From assembly GCA_040437565.1 (NCBI GenBank), contig JBDOQK010000081.1:1-64000 (forward strand): DNA of 64,000 bases, in the 5' to 3' direction. Below the pieces are notes generated by a model. The model worked only from the letters and a program-made list of their open reading frames with translations, made no database searches and was not told the DNA's origin. The position numbers were made by a program, and so were the translations under genes. Of the stretch, positions 1 to 11,252 are shown piece after piece. How positions within the stretch are numbered: the first letter of the stretch is position 1; each line of letters starts with the position of its first letter. Origin of the DNA: Albugo candida (Eukaryota).

Positions 1-1172
1 GGTGTTGTGAAGGTTGGACGCTGAAGCTTTGAGAGGAAAAAAACACACTCCTTGACTTTCCACGGCAGAATTGGCAATAAATGCTTCCAGGAGCTCAAGA
101 GAATTCAAAATCTCATTTTCTAAAGCTACAGAAGTGTGAATGGCTTTCCGGAAACGTGGATTTGGATGCTGTGTTGTGATCGGATTGATACTCGCACGTT
201 TTGCAGGTGGTCGGGATGGTATTACTGAGGATGAAGATGCCATCAATATGTGACGCTGATCAACGAACGACCGACCTCCGTCACTGCGAAGTGACAAATT
301 CTTAGTGTCCTCATCAAAGGCTACAGATTGAGGAAGCCGTTTATCCGTTTGAGTAGTATGAGTCTCTGTGGATAATCGAGTGACTGCTTTGCGCAGCACA
401 TGAAGCCAATCTATGACGACAGGAGCATCTTCCGATGACAAACAATATAAAATTCCTGTTGCTCGATCCGTCAAATAGATCCTCGGGGACTGCCAAGTCT
501 CGCTCATGCCGCCATCCTGCACTGTGCAACCATCCAGCGAAATGATCGCATTGGGTCGACGATCTTTTGATGTAATGTAATAGCTAAGCGTCCTTCCATC
601 GCACACAAACCAGCGCTGTTTCCATCCTTTGAGTCTTTGTCCTTTTTTCTGCAAGTATCCTTCTTTCATGATGGATGCGTCATAATCAGGAATAGTTTCG
701 ATGGGTTTGCGATCTTGTCGACCCTAAAGAGGGACAAGGTACACGATGACTAGACGAAACACATAGAGGGGAGATTGTGGATGTACCAACCTGTTCAGAA
801 TGGACTAAATCCGTCAAACGCTGCTGATAATCNNNNNNNNNNNNNNNNNNNNNNNNNNNNNNNNNNNNNNNNNNNNNNNNNNNNNNNNNNNNNNNNNNNN
901 NNNNNNNNNNNNNNNNNNNNNNNNNNNNNNNNAACCAGCGCTGTTTCCATCCTTTGAGTCTTTGTCCTTTTTTCTGCAAGTATCCTTCTTTCATGATGGA
1001 TGCGTCATAATCAGGAATAGTTTCGATGGGTTTGCGATCTTGTCGACCCTAAAGAGGGACAAGGTACACGATGACTAGACGAAACACATAGAGGGGAGAT
1101 TGTGGATGTACCAACCTGTTCAGAATGGACTAAATCCGTCAAACGCTGCTGATAATCCTGCAAAGTCTGCAT
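1..1172 (-). CDS. PH-domain protein, N-terminal part; continues beyond window start
   Basis: Exon 1 from ATG 1172 (MQTLQDYQQRLTDLVHSEQ), then a GT..AG intron, then GRQDRKPIETIPDYDASI-MKEGYLQKKGQRLKGWKQRWFVCDGRTLSYY...DWLHVLRKAV, a classic PH signature. Frame is open to position 1. 608-832 is duplicated as 933-1157 across the gap. Confidence 0.85.
608..1157. repeat. Gap-flanking direct duplication (assembly overlap)
   Basis: 608-832 = 933-1157 around the 100-N gap. Confidence 0.95.
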
Positions 1173-1340
1173 GAGGCTCTTAAGAATGAATACGGCGTTT
1201 TATTACGAAATTTGATGTATTTAGACAGCATTTTACTAGTAATTACCAAAGTGTTTGAATGGTTGCATAAGTAGCTATTTATACCGTAGTTATTACAGTA
1301 GCCCATCCAATTCGTTTTTCACTGCAGAAGCGTCGCTATC

Positions 1341-1780
1341 ATGAGCTCAAACACAACATATCAGGTGATAAAAGAGGAATTTGTGTGGTTTTTACTGCTA
1401 TTTAGACTAGCATAATGGTATATGCGTGTTGTGGTAGACTCCTGAAGCAAAAAAGGAAGAATTCCGCAAATATCTTGAGAAAAGCGGCGTGGTAGACGCA
1501 TTAACCAAGGTTTTGGTCGGCTTGTACGAAGTCAACGACAAGCCCTCCAATGCTGTAGACTATCTTAAACGCTTTTTAGGAGCACCAACAGGCGTCGACA
1601 TTGACGCACTTCGCACAGAGAATGAGGAATTGAAGAAAAAGAACGCAGAGCTGATACAAACCATTGAGGAGCTAAATAAAAGAGTACGCGATGATACTGC
1701 TTGCGCGTGTGTTTTTCTCATGCGAATTGTCTTTGTACGATTACATACAGCTTTCATCGGATGAGGTGGATGCCAGCTAA
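1341..1780 (+). CDS. MYCBP: c-Myc-binding protein (MYCBP/AMY-1) homolog, 3 exons
   Basis: Exons 1341-1364, 1438-1683, 1751-1780 with GT..AG introns give MSSNTTYQTPEAKKEEFRKYLEKSGVVDALTKVLVGLYEVNDKPSNAVDYLKRFLG plus a coiled coil, the family hallmark. Confidence 0.9.
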
Positions 1781-2046
1781 GCACACAACACTGGCAAGCT
1801 GGCAGGTAGATGAGCTGAGTAGGTTGAGAGGAAAAAGTATTCTAAAGCTGAGTAAATTTGTTTGTTGTGACTTCATAATGACCTCACTGGCAGGTGTCAC
1901 CTAAAACTTGATAAGAAATAAATTTGCCAGCGCACAATGTAATCACTCGTATAGATCCTGATGACTGTTCAAATTGTGGATGCTCTCGCCCTTCGTTTGA
2001 GTTCTCATCATTATCCTTCTTTCGATCTTAGCACTACGACACAAAC

Positions 2047-2724
2047 ATGAGAGCAGCTGCCATTCCCGCCATATTGATATCGATGCCTTTGGTACAATCG
2101 GAAAAAGAGTCGCAGATTTACTCTTCGAGTATCTCGCGTCTGAACGACTCCAAACAATATGCAATGAGCTTTGCATCAACTGTTTCTCAATACATGGAGG
2201 CTGTGATGGGCACACTCGTCAGTACTGTGCTAGAGAATCCCAGAACGAATAGATGGGAAGCAAACTCGGAGGAGGAACACGCTCAAGTTGGGGAATACTC
2301 TGAGCCTGAGATCAGAGCAATTCTTGGTCATTGGAGAGATGTAACAAAAAGCGGTCAAGAGAATGATGAATTCGACGATGTCAAACGGATTGACTGTAAG
2401 GATTTGCTCGAAAATGCCAAGGAAAGTTCGATATCCAAGGAAGTCATAGACGTCAAGAAGGGGATTGCAGCTACAACTTTCCAGCCAGAGTCGTCAAAGG
2501 ATGAGCCTCAAGTCGCATACGCTCCGACTATGGTCCGTTATCAAGTCCAGCTTATCTCAAAACGCGAGTTCGACCCAACAGCCTATGACTCTCGTCCTCC
2601 ACTCGAAATCACAAATGGATTACGTCAGGGTCCCGTGAGAATTTCAACTTTCGGGCTGTACTTCCTAAGCTTTCTTTTCATGCACATTATTAAAAAACGA
2701 ATAAAAGCTTCTCAAGCTGATTAA
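2047..2724 (+). CDS. Hypothetical secreted or type I membrane protein, 225 aa
   Basis: Hydrophobic N-terminus (MRAAAIPAILISMPLVQS), acidic middle, C-terminal hydrophobic helix followed by KKRIK. No recognised domain. Confidence 0.6.
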   Translation: MRAAAIPAILISMPLVQSEKESQIYSSSISRLNDSKQYAMSFASTVSQYMEAVMGTLVSTVLENPRTNRWEANSEEEHAQVGEYSEPEIRAILGHWRDVTKSGQENDEFDDVKRIDCKDLLENAKESSISKEVIDVKKGIAATTFQPESSKDEPQVAYAPTMVRYQVQLISKREFDPTAYDSRPPLEITNGLRQGPVRISTFGLYFLSFLFMHIIKKRIKASQAD

Positions 2725-2774
2725 CTATCTAGTGATTAGCGTTATGCGTATAGCGTATTATTCCTTGTTGTAGA

Positions 2775-3614
2775 TCACAGAATACGAATTTCACGCTTTT
2801 GGACCTTATCTCCCGTGGTAGTTCGAACAACTTGCTGCAAAGTGCTCCCAATTCTGTCACATCCATTTATTGCCATTTCCATTACTTGTTCGAACACCTC
2901 AAGTGCGAGTTTTGCTTCCATTTTCAAGTAATTTACATGTCGCGTGCGTGGATTTATTGCAACAGTAATTTGAGGACCCCGGGCGGCTTGCTCAAATGAA
3001 TTTAAATCTATATAAGACAGAATTAGATTCAGCTCATCTCCCATCAGCACCAGCTCTAACAGCTTACCACACAAAGTTGTTTGCTGTACAAAACCTGCGG
3101 TAGAAGCTACTACAAAATCATTTAAAGCAATTCCAGCGTCCATCAGCGCCAATGAAGTCGCGTTGATGCTTGCGGCTAGTTCTCCTCCATCCGATTGTAA
3201 CACTTGTGGATATATACTGATTTGTGACTGTGGGTACAGGTTCGTAAGAAGACAAGATTCAAAGATTTGTTTGATGGCTGACGACATTTCCACGTTCTTT
3301 CGATCGCTTGCATTTCGAGACATTTTTCTGTCTGAAGTCGCAAAAGGCGCCTGTGTGCATTCACAATGAACGACAGCTTTTTTTACAAGTGATGCTGCTC
3401 CTTTGATATTTTTTAGAGTTGTGTTGTCAACTTGACGTGGGCCATAAACCACAACAAGTACTTTCGTGTTTCCCTGCTCGATGTAGGCTGATCCATCGGC
3501 GCGATGAAATATCCCAATACGTGCACGAACACGTCGGGTTTCATCTTCTCTGCGGCCATCTAGACGAAGGCCTGCTAACGAGATATATTCGCCATCCATG
3601 GCTTTTGATGCCAT
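2775..3614 (-). CDS. RRP41: Exosome complex subunit RRP41 (RNase PH family)
   Basis: GLRLDGRR, ADGSAYIEQGNTKVLVVVYGP, YPQSQISIYPQVLQSDGG, LALMDAGI. Probable 60-nt in-frame intron 3008-3067 (GTAAG..TAG). Confidence 0.95.
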   Translation of the reverse strand: MASKAMDGEYISLAGLRLDGRREDETRRVRARIGIFHRADGSAYIEQGNTKVLVVVYGPRQVDNTTLKNIKGAASLVKKAVVHCECTQAPFATSDRKMSRNASDRKNVEMSSAIKQIFESCLLTNLYPQSQISIYPQVLQSDGGELAASINATSLALMDAGIALNDFVVASTAGFVQQTTLCGKLLELVLMGDELNLILSYIDLNSFEQAARGPQITVAINPRTRHVNYLKMEAKLALEVFEQVMEMAINGCDRIGSTLQQVVRTTTGDKVQKREIRIL

Positions 3615-3789
3615 TTGTTTACTATCAGTACCTCAAAGTGGGATGAGCAACGAAAGTTGTGTGGTTCGCATTGAATAAATGGCATAGTANNNNNNNNNNN
3701 NNNNNNNNNNNNNNNNNNNNNNNNNNNNNNNNNNNNNNNNNNNNNNNNNNNNNNNNNNNNNNNNNNNNNNNNNNNNNNNNNNNNNNNNN

Positions 3790-3973
3790 ACCATAAGCGT
3801 CGGCTGGATCATAGAGCACATCCGACGACTGCTTTCCGCTACATTAGAAAAAGCGACATCGTAGTCTCAAGACATTCTTTGACATCACTTGATCCTTACA
3901 GTTTCTCAAAGGCATTATCCATCAATTTTTTGACCTTGTGAATGTCGTCCTGCATCTGCACAATTTGCTCCAT
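3790..3973 (-). CDS. Probable Mediator subunit MED21/Srb7, 5' part only; rest lies in gap
   Basis: ATG 3973, exon 3973-3900, intron 3899-3839 (GTAAG..CTAATGTAG), exon 2 into the gap: MEQIVQMQDDIHKVKKLMDNAFEKLGKQSSDVLYDPADAYG. Resembles the recalled MED21 N-terminal pattern MDxIxQLQ...NAFxxL. Confidence 0.55.
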
Positions 3974-4895
3974 CTTTAAACGAGTTTTGGGCCAATAAAC
4001 GCTCTTTGTACCACTAGCCGAATCAGCTAAGAATGTTACAGCATGACATCATTATAATGCGCACAGCTATCTCCTAAGCAATGAGTTTATACAAACAACC
4101 GTCCTACTTTGTACGACCTTATTAGCCCTTTGATATCATGTGACTTCTTGAGTGCACGGTAAGGGAGACACAAAGAAGCGGCGTGAGGGCGAGGTGATAG
4201 GCAACAACTTGAGTAATACTTTAATATGAATAAGCTGAAATCAGATGAAGCATATACCGAGCTCGTCAACTCGACAGCACAAGGCGTATAAATCATGCAG
4301 CTTTATCTGCGAAATAAATCTAAACTTGGAGTTTCTACAGAGATCTAGATTAAGTGTAATATCTACAAAGAGTGTGACGAATAAAGTTAGATGCTGCGTG
4401 GATGTCCTCTTGCCTCTCTATATAGACATAGAAAGCACTACGAAACGCATCCAGGGTCGCTAATCGGATTTAACTTTGGATTACAAGCCAGCCTTACATC
4501 AAAGCATTCATCATCGCACGAACGAGCTACGAAAGAATAGAATATGTGTCAAGGTATGATTTGATCGACCTTGAAATCGATTCAATAGAAAATTTAAGTC
4601 AAGTAGGAGCTAATCAAGTATTATGGTGCTCATTTATTCTTGGACTCCACAGGAATTCATTATCGATATAGTATGGACATAGTGACCAGACGCTCCGAAA
4701 ACTCGTTCTAGTGAATACCATCGGTAAAGTTAGTGTGTAGGTCCTACTCTTACACACATTGAGGAGTGGCAGGTTTGGTATTTGTCCGACGGCGAGCATT
4801 TTTAGCTCGACCAAGCAATATCAACCAGCAGTTTCTCTTCATTTTTGCGGAGTGCACAAGAGACACGGGTGTATCAAGCGAGCTCGTGAAGCGCA

Positions 4896-6032
4896 ATGAC
4901 CAATACCTTTCAATGTCCGTACCCACGATGCAATAAGTGCTTTCAACTCAAAGGAAATCTGAAGCGCCATCTAAATATCCACTTTCGAACTCAAAAGTTC
5001 CCTTGTCGATACTGCGGAAAGGAATTTCTTAGAAAAGCTGATACGGATGCACATGAGCGCGTTCATACTGGCGAGAAGCCGTATGCATGTCGGCACGAGA
5101 ATTGCTCGAAACGATTCGCACGACAATCAGATCTCAAGAGCCACGAACGAACGCATGAGTAAGTGTCAGTACGTTATTTAGTAGTTTTTATGGTGGTATT
5201 AATTTTTCCGTGCAGCGGAACAAAACCATTCGTATGCACAGTATCGCATTGTGGCAAACGATTCACAAGGCGATTTGATCTCCGAAAGCATCAGAAAGTC
5301 CACCATGCGGGCTGTGGAGATGCGACAAGATGCTTCAGACATGATACTATTAGTCCAGAAAAGGATCAAAAGGAAACTGCCGGATCGGAGACAGATCATT
5401 CCATTTCAAGTCTTTGTATTGACGAAATTCTAATGTGTCCATCTCCGACACGCAAAAATGAAAGGCCGAGTCAGAGTCTGCGTCGACCATCGTTGACAAG
5501 TGTCGATAACTCCGTTTGTAAACCGTCAAACAATACTTGTGCTGATCCAATATCGCATGACTACTGGGCGCATGCTCAGAATCCAGGCTGTTGCCACCTT
5601 GCCATAGCTCATGGGAATCATTTCGACTATGTTGTGAATAACCACTTGTTGTGCCAAACAAGTGTCAGAAATATCAGTGGGAGTCAACCGAGTGAGACGT
5701 ACAAATTCGGTGGTAAAGGAAGAGGAAGTGAGCCATTTCTCGACACAAAAATTGATACAAAACAACAAGGATCTAAGCATTATGGTACATCCTGTAAGGA
5801 GCTATCCCACGGACCCGGCTGTGGCCATCTACCAGTCCGACACAAAGATCACGTCGATTATGTTGTTGAGAACAATCTCTTCTGTCTCGAGTATGGTGGG
5901 TTCTTCCCCGACGACCTCGAGACAAATTCTCTTGAACTGATAGACGATGAGTTTTGGGATTTTTACAACGCAGTCGGTTCGTTCAGCTCAAGTGACGCAA
6001 CTCTCGAGATCGACCCTGCGGTACTAAACTAA
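4896..6032 (+). CDS. C2H2 zinc-finger transcription factor with two C-terminal His/Cys-rich repeats
   Basis: Four C2H2 fingers with TGEKPY and DGTKPF linkers. Intron 5159-5215 (GTAAGT..TGCAG) joins the two ORFs. Repeats HAQNPGCCHLAIAHGNHFDYVVNNHLLC and HGPGCGHLPVRHKDHVDYVVENNLFC. Confidence 0.9.
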
Positions 6033-6825
6033 TACAAATATCTCCTGAGGAAAGATTGATTATAAATAATTAAAAAGGAAATTGGTCAATCATCTCACTT
6101 CATACCGTATTAAAACTCTAATCCCACTTATAATATTTCCCTCGATGTAGAATTATATTTTATCCACACAAAGTACTTTGTAGATGCTCATGCTCATTAT
6201 GACACCCTGCCTCCTAATGAGCAGACACGCATCGAGAGTAGGACTCTCTACTACAACAGTTAATAAGCTGATATATCTTGTACAACCTTAGTCTCTCTCT
6301 ATCGAAACCGACGACAAGATTGGAACATAGCATGATACCTGCTTTTATAATCTAAAGCACTTCTAGTTCACGGCTTTTTACACTCAGTACACTACATGTC
6401 GGAATCGTCAGATTGCAGCTACTTGGTCACTTGATTCAAGACTGTATATCCAGTTGGAACGAATGGGTCGTGTATGCTGCTTACGTCATGCAGAAGTTGG
6501 ATTATGTATAACAACACGATGAATCTCTTGTAATCATCAACGGTGTTTGGCGATCCTCAGAGTCGTTCATCGTTTTGTGTCTATTCCTTAGCTATGGAAA
6601 GGAATAGTCTTTAGTATAGTGTGTATCACACTTGATTCTGTACATTGCAGATATCTCACGCTTTTATCCTTTTATTCCAACGGCAAAATGTCGAGATAAA
6701 TAAATGTAATCTCACATACCAAATTTGATTGTCAACTTGACTTTATCTACACATTCTTGAATCATGTAAGCACGACCTTGTGGATACAATCAGAAAAAGG
6801 GGCGAGACAAAGTGTCCGGTATTCT

Positions 6826-7791
6826 TTATGTCAAGGTATTTTTAACTCGTAAGCATGTTGCCTGCCCACGAGATCTCAAACTCTTAGCGATAAGCGCGTT
6901 GACTCTCTTCATCATGAGGTGTGGAGCGTCGTTGAGCACTTCAGCGATCCTGGTATCCGGGAGTGTACGTTTCATAAGGTTGTACCAAGCCGTATCCACA
7001 TACGAACTTGTAGAGATCTCATCCCACCGTGCTAACACGCTTTTACTTTTGTATTCGAGCGATATCTCAAGTATTTTCAAATGCCTGAAACGGCGTAAGA
7101 TTCGACCGGTCAACTTGCCAAATCTTCTCCGTGCAGCTAGATAGATGGTGCTTAGAACCCCTTGCCTTTCACAATTTTTGATTTTAGGCTTGCATCTGAG
7201 AATTTCCGCTGCAACAGATATATCGAGCCATGGCTGCTCCAATTCAATTTTGACTGGAATATCGAGAAAGATACTCTGTGAGGATTCCTTTCGGAGCATC
7301 CACTTCATCACTTGTACTCCTTTCTTGAGGAGATCATAGGTAGGTATTATTTCGGCTTTCAAAATGAACCGAAGCGTCATGTTTCCACCATACTTTATGG
7401 TCGCATTGAGCGTTGTACTATCACTTACAGCCAACTTTTGCAGTGAATACTCTCGGTTATCGTATTCTATCGAGAAATCGGCTACCCTGGCTCGTATATC
7501 ACAGTAGTTCGTATGCCAGGTTTGAAGTTTAAAAGAGCTGAATTTCTTCTTCACCACTCTTTTCAGTCGATACGACCACATGCGCTTAAATAATCGTGCT
7601 GAGAGCTTGGAAATACCCAGCAAAATGCCGAAGCTTCGTAGATCCGTCAAAGCACACGCCCGTTCAATTTCTTCTGCCGGCGGATGCTCATCCGATCGGT
7701 TCAGTTGACGGAGAAGGAGCTTCGGCTTATCAGAAATAGTACAAAAGCAAATGCACGCAGCCACGAACAACTTCAATAGCTTAGTCGCCAT
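6826..7791 (-). CDS. Orphan secreted protein (candidate effector), ~321 aa
   Basis: First ATG at 7791 gives a signal-peptide-like MATKLLKLFVAACICFCTIS. Intronless, basic, no recognised domain. Confidence 0.65.
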   Translation of the reverse strand: MATKLLKLFVAACICFCTISDKPKLLLRQLNRSDEHPPAEEIERACALTDLRSFGILLGISKLSARLFKRMWSYRLKRVVKKKFSSFKLQTWHTNYCDIRARVADFSIEYDNREYSLQKLAVSDSTTLNATIKYGGNMTLRFILKAEIIPTYDLLKKGVQVMKWMLRKESSQSIFLDIPVKIELEQPWLDISVAAEILRCKPKIKNCERQGVLSTIYLAARRRFGKLTGRILRRFRHLKILEISLEYKSKSVLARWDEISTSSYVDTAWYNLMKRTLPDTRIAEVLNDAPHLMMKRVNALIAKSLRSRGQATCLRVKNTLT

Positions 7792-8003
7792 CCAACGACA
7801 AAATAGAAATGAAAACTCAGAGCATCCAACCAATGCAGTCACGCACGTGCAACATTGACACGACCGAATGTTCTCGCGTTCTGACAAAAGTAGGCAGAAA
7901 TATGTGCATATGTCACAATCGGATACCGAATAGCTACATAAAAGCTACATAGAACCTCATTGGGTACGACTGTCAGACCTTTGACCCGACCCACAGGAAC
8001 AAA

Positions 8004-8300
8004 ATGGGATTGGGAGGAATTGTGACGGGATCGCTCTTTGGATTTTCGACAAAGTTTGGGAGTAATTTGCTGCAAAAGGTTCCAGTGATGCGTGGTTGGT
8101 GTTTTTTTACGCACATAAACGTCAGTATTCAGATAAACTGTTGTTTTGTATTAGAATCGTGGGAATATGTGCTTCTGGTAGGCGCCGGCGCCTTCGCTGG
8201 GAACTATCTAGAGAAAAAGTACTATCGCGATGTGGAACAAGTCGAAGAAATACGTCATTATCTCGAGAAAAAGTCGCTAACCGATAGGAATACTGAATAA
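8004..8300 (+). CDS. Mitochondrial complex I accessory subunit, B14.5b/NDUFC2-like
   Basis: Removing the 60-nt intron 8095-8154 gives GSLFGFSTKFGSNLLQKVPVMRESWEYVLLVGAGAFAGNYL, matching the recalled plant/fungal pattern GxxxG...SNxLxKxPxMRxPWEH. Confidence 0.8.
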   Translation: MGLGGIVTGSLFGFSTKFGSNLLQKVPVMRGWCFFTHINVSIQINCCFVLESWEYVLLVGAGAFAGNYLEKKYYRDVEQVEEIRHYLEKKSLTDRNTE

Positions 8301-8328
8301 TTTTGAGAGATTCGCCGAAAGTCTTGAA

Positions 8329-9381
8329 TTAAAATGCACATTGATCAACAAAGTGAATTCGCTCACGTGTTAGAGGATGCGTAAATTCTATTGACGTGGC
8401 GTGAAGAAGGAGACGATCGGAGAGCTCGTAGACATGCTGAGGAGCATACCACACATCCCCCAAGATTGGATGGCCAACATGACTCAGATGAACGCGAAGC
8501 TGATGCGTTCGTCCGGTGATTGGTGTCAACTCCAGTAGTGAGGTTTCAGGGTCGTTGGATCGAGATAGCACACGCCAAGCCGTCTGAGCCCATTTTCCGT
8601 TCCTTTGCTTGACCATCTGTTGCCGAAATCCATCCCCTGCTCGAGCATTCATATACCCGCTTATGATACCATCCTCGTCCTTTAGCTGACCATGCACCCG
8701 AGCGTGGTAAATCTTGCGAACCGTTCGATCTCGGAATTGTGAACCAAGCCGATCTGCCGCTAGCTTGGTCCAAGCGACTACAAGTAACCCAGATGTATCC
8801 ATGTCGAGTCGATGCACGATCCAGACGTTTCCATAGAGTTCTTTCATCCGATGCTGAAGCGATAATTGACTACCTTTACCATCCACAGTCAGCATACCTG
8901 AAGGCTTTGACATCACTGCAATCGCATCGTCGCAGTAGTGGATTTTCAAGCCGCATTCCTGACTCAGAGTTGCTGAATCAATCGGTTGAATAATTGTGTC
9001 ATTCGTAAGGTAAAGAACTCGATCACTTGTGATCCCGCATGCATTTTGGAGGTCTTTGGAGGGATTTTGGAGCTTATTGATCAATATGAAACTCGTCAGA
9101 TGCGTCAGTAGCCAATTTTGTAGAAATGGGACACATGTTGTGCTCATGAAAGCGTCAATAGAAATGCTATCGTGAACCTGAAGCGCATGGTAGCATCGAA
9201 TTCCTACGTCTGAACTGTACACTGCGTACGGAATCAGCTGCTGAGGCTCAAAACGGATTTTCGACCGTACATCGCGTTTGTGATCGATGCCTAGCGACAC
9301 GATAAAAGCGAGTTCAAGTGCGAGTATTTCTTGCTCAAGTGCGCTGCTTATTTGGCGACTACATCGCCGTCTTATTCTCAT
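8329..9381 (-). CDS. RluA-family RNA pseudouridine synthase
   Basis: KPSGMLTV, catalytic VHRLDMDTSGLLVVA, KIYHARV, TGRTHQLRVHLSHVGHPILGD, LLLHA motifs. Confidence 0.93.
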   Translation of the reverse strand: MRIRRRCSRQISSALEQEILALELAFIVSLGIDHKRDVRSKIRFEPQQLIPYAVYSSDVGIRCYHALQVHDSISIDAFMSTTCVPFLQNWLLTHLTSFILINKLQNPSKDLQNACGITSDRVLYLTNDTIIQPIDSATLSQECGLKIHYCDDAIAVMSKPSGMLTVDGKGSQLSLQHRMKELYGNVWIVHRLDMDTSGLLVVAWTKLAADRLGSQFRDRTVRKIYHARVHGQLKDEDGIISGYMNARAGDGFRQQMVKQRNGKWAQTAWRVLSRSNDPETSLLELTPITGRTHQLRVHLSHVGHPILGDVWYAPQHVYELSDRLLLHATSIEFTHPLTRERIHFVDQCAF

Positions 9382-9445
9382 AAGTGGTAGACAAGGATGT
9401 ATCCTGATTTCACATTAAAAACACTACCTGGAAGCAAGAACCGGA

Positions 9446-11198
9446 ATGCTGCGCCGGCAACCTTCAACGTTGTTGCAATTGGCGTGGAGCCATCGTAGTG
9501 GATCTCAAAATGAATTTCGCAATATATCCAGTAAGATATATGTCGATGCGTATCAGGCAGTGCAAGACATCCCGGATAAGGCAACCCTGTATGTAGCGCT
9601 AGTAAGTTGTAGCAGATACTGACTATATGCTTAGTCTTTTTGGTGGCTTTGGATTATGTGGCATACCCGAAAATAGTATCAGCGCTCTTGTCAGACAAGT
9701 ATCCTATCGTATACTATTATGATNNNNNNNNNNNNNNNNNNNNNNNNNNNNNNNNNNNNNNNNNNNNNNNNNNNNNNNNNNNNNNNNNNNNNNNNNNNNN
9801 NNNNNNNNNNNNNNNNNNNNNNNCAGACAAGTATCCTATCGTATACTATTATGATACAGTACACTATACTATCGTCCCTTCTTTATACGATAGGGTCCTC
9901 GAGAGCTCACATGCGTGTCCAATAATGCTGGATTGGACGACTTTGGACTCGGTCTGCTACTTCAAAAGGGCCAAATCAAGCGGATGATATCCTCCTACGT
10001 GGGAGAGAATGCATTGTTCGAACAATTGTACCTCACAGGAGCACTTGAGGTCGAATTAACTCCACAAGGAACTTTAGCTGAAAGGCTCCGTGCTGCTGGG
10101 GCTGGCATTCCAGCATTTTACACTCCAACCGCATATGGAACCATCATTCAGCAAGGAGGATTTCCGATACAGCTGAATAGCGATGGTAGCACGAGAATTG
10201 CGAGTATTCCCAGGGAAGTACGATGCTTTAATGGACGACATTATGTCTTGGAGACTGGCCTGGGAGGAGATTACGCTTTCGTAAAAGCTTGGAAAGGCGA
10301 CGAGCATGGAAATCTAATCTTCCGGGGAACGAGTCGCAACTTTAATGTGGATGCAGCCAAAGCAGGAAGGATTACGGTCGCTGAAGTTGAGCATCTGGTC
10401 AAAGCAGGAGACCTTGATCCCAATGAAATCCATCTTCCAGGAATTTACGTTCAGCGTATCTTTCAAGCCAAAAAGCTACAAAAACGAATCGAGAACCTCA
10501 CATTGTGCGACAGTAGCAATTTGAATAAATGCACAACAATCTCACCCGAACGTCAACGAATTATAAAACGCGCTGCCAAAGAGCTTCAACACGACATGTA
10601 CGTCAATCTCGGCATCGGACTACCGACTCTGGTATCGAATCACATACCTCCTGGTATTGATGTGGTCCTGCAGAGTGAAAATGGCCTTCTTGGAATGGGT
10701 CCGTACCCTATTAAAGGAGAGGAAGATGCAGATTTGATCAATGCTGGTAAAGAGACTGTGACGTATCGTCCTGGATCGAGTACTTTTTCTTCATCAGAAT
10801 CCTTTGCGATGATTCGAGGTGGACACATTGACGTGACAATCTTGGGCGCATTACAAGTCGCCTCGAATGGCGATCTTGCCAACTGGATCATTCCCGGCAA
10901 AATGGTGAAAGGAATGGGAGGAGCGATGGATCTCGTCAGCTGTGGTGGTAAAACTCGCGTCATTGTCACTATGGACCACAACACGAAGGATGGCGGTCAC
11001 AGAATCCTCAACGAGTGCACGCTTCCATTAACTGGTAAACAGGCTGTACACCGCATCATCACAGAATTGGGTGTCTTTGATATTGTCAAGAATGAGCTCG
11101 TACTCGTGGAGATCGCCCCAGACACCACATGCGAAAATATTCGAGCCCGCACGGACGCTAATTTTAGCGTTTCCAACGTCTTGAAACAAATGGAGTAA
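9446..11198 (+). CDS. OXCT1: Succinyl-CoA:3-ketoacid CoA transferase, mitochondrial (SCOT/OXCT1)
   Basis: Upstream exons read from ATG 9446 (transit-peptide-like [14 protein letters not shown]..., [11 protein letters not shown] | [15 protein letters not shown] | [13 protein letters not shown]). Then [25 protein letters not shown], catalytic [13 protein letters not shown]. The gap lies in intron 2. Confidence 0.96.
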
Positions 11199-11233
11199 TT
11201 TTGGATGTAACGTGAATACATTTCTGCTGCTTT

Positions 11234-11248
11234 TCATTTCATTTTTTT
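11234..11248 (+). promoter_or_regulatory. Possible oomycete initiator-like core promoter element
   Basis: TCATTTCATTTTTTT just upstream of ATG 11253 resembles the oomycete YCATTYY initiator. Short motif that could arise by chance. Confidence 0.3.
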
Positions 11249-11252
11249 CAAA

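Noticed and set aside
1771..1935. CTGGCA/TGCCAG inverted motifs in the MYCBP 3' region as a possible SECIS or structured RNA
   Set aside because: Stems are only 7-8 bp, SECIS geometry is not met, and no in-frame UGA needs recoding.
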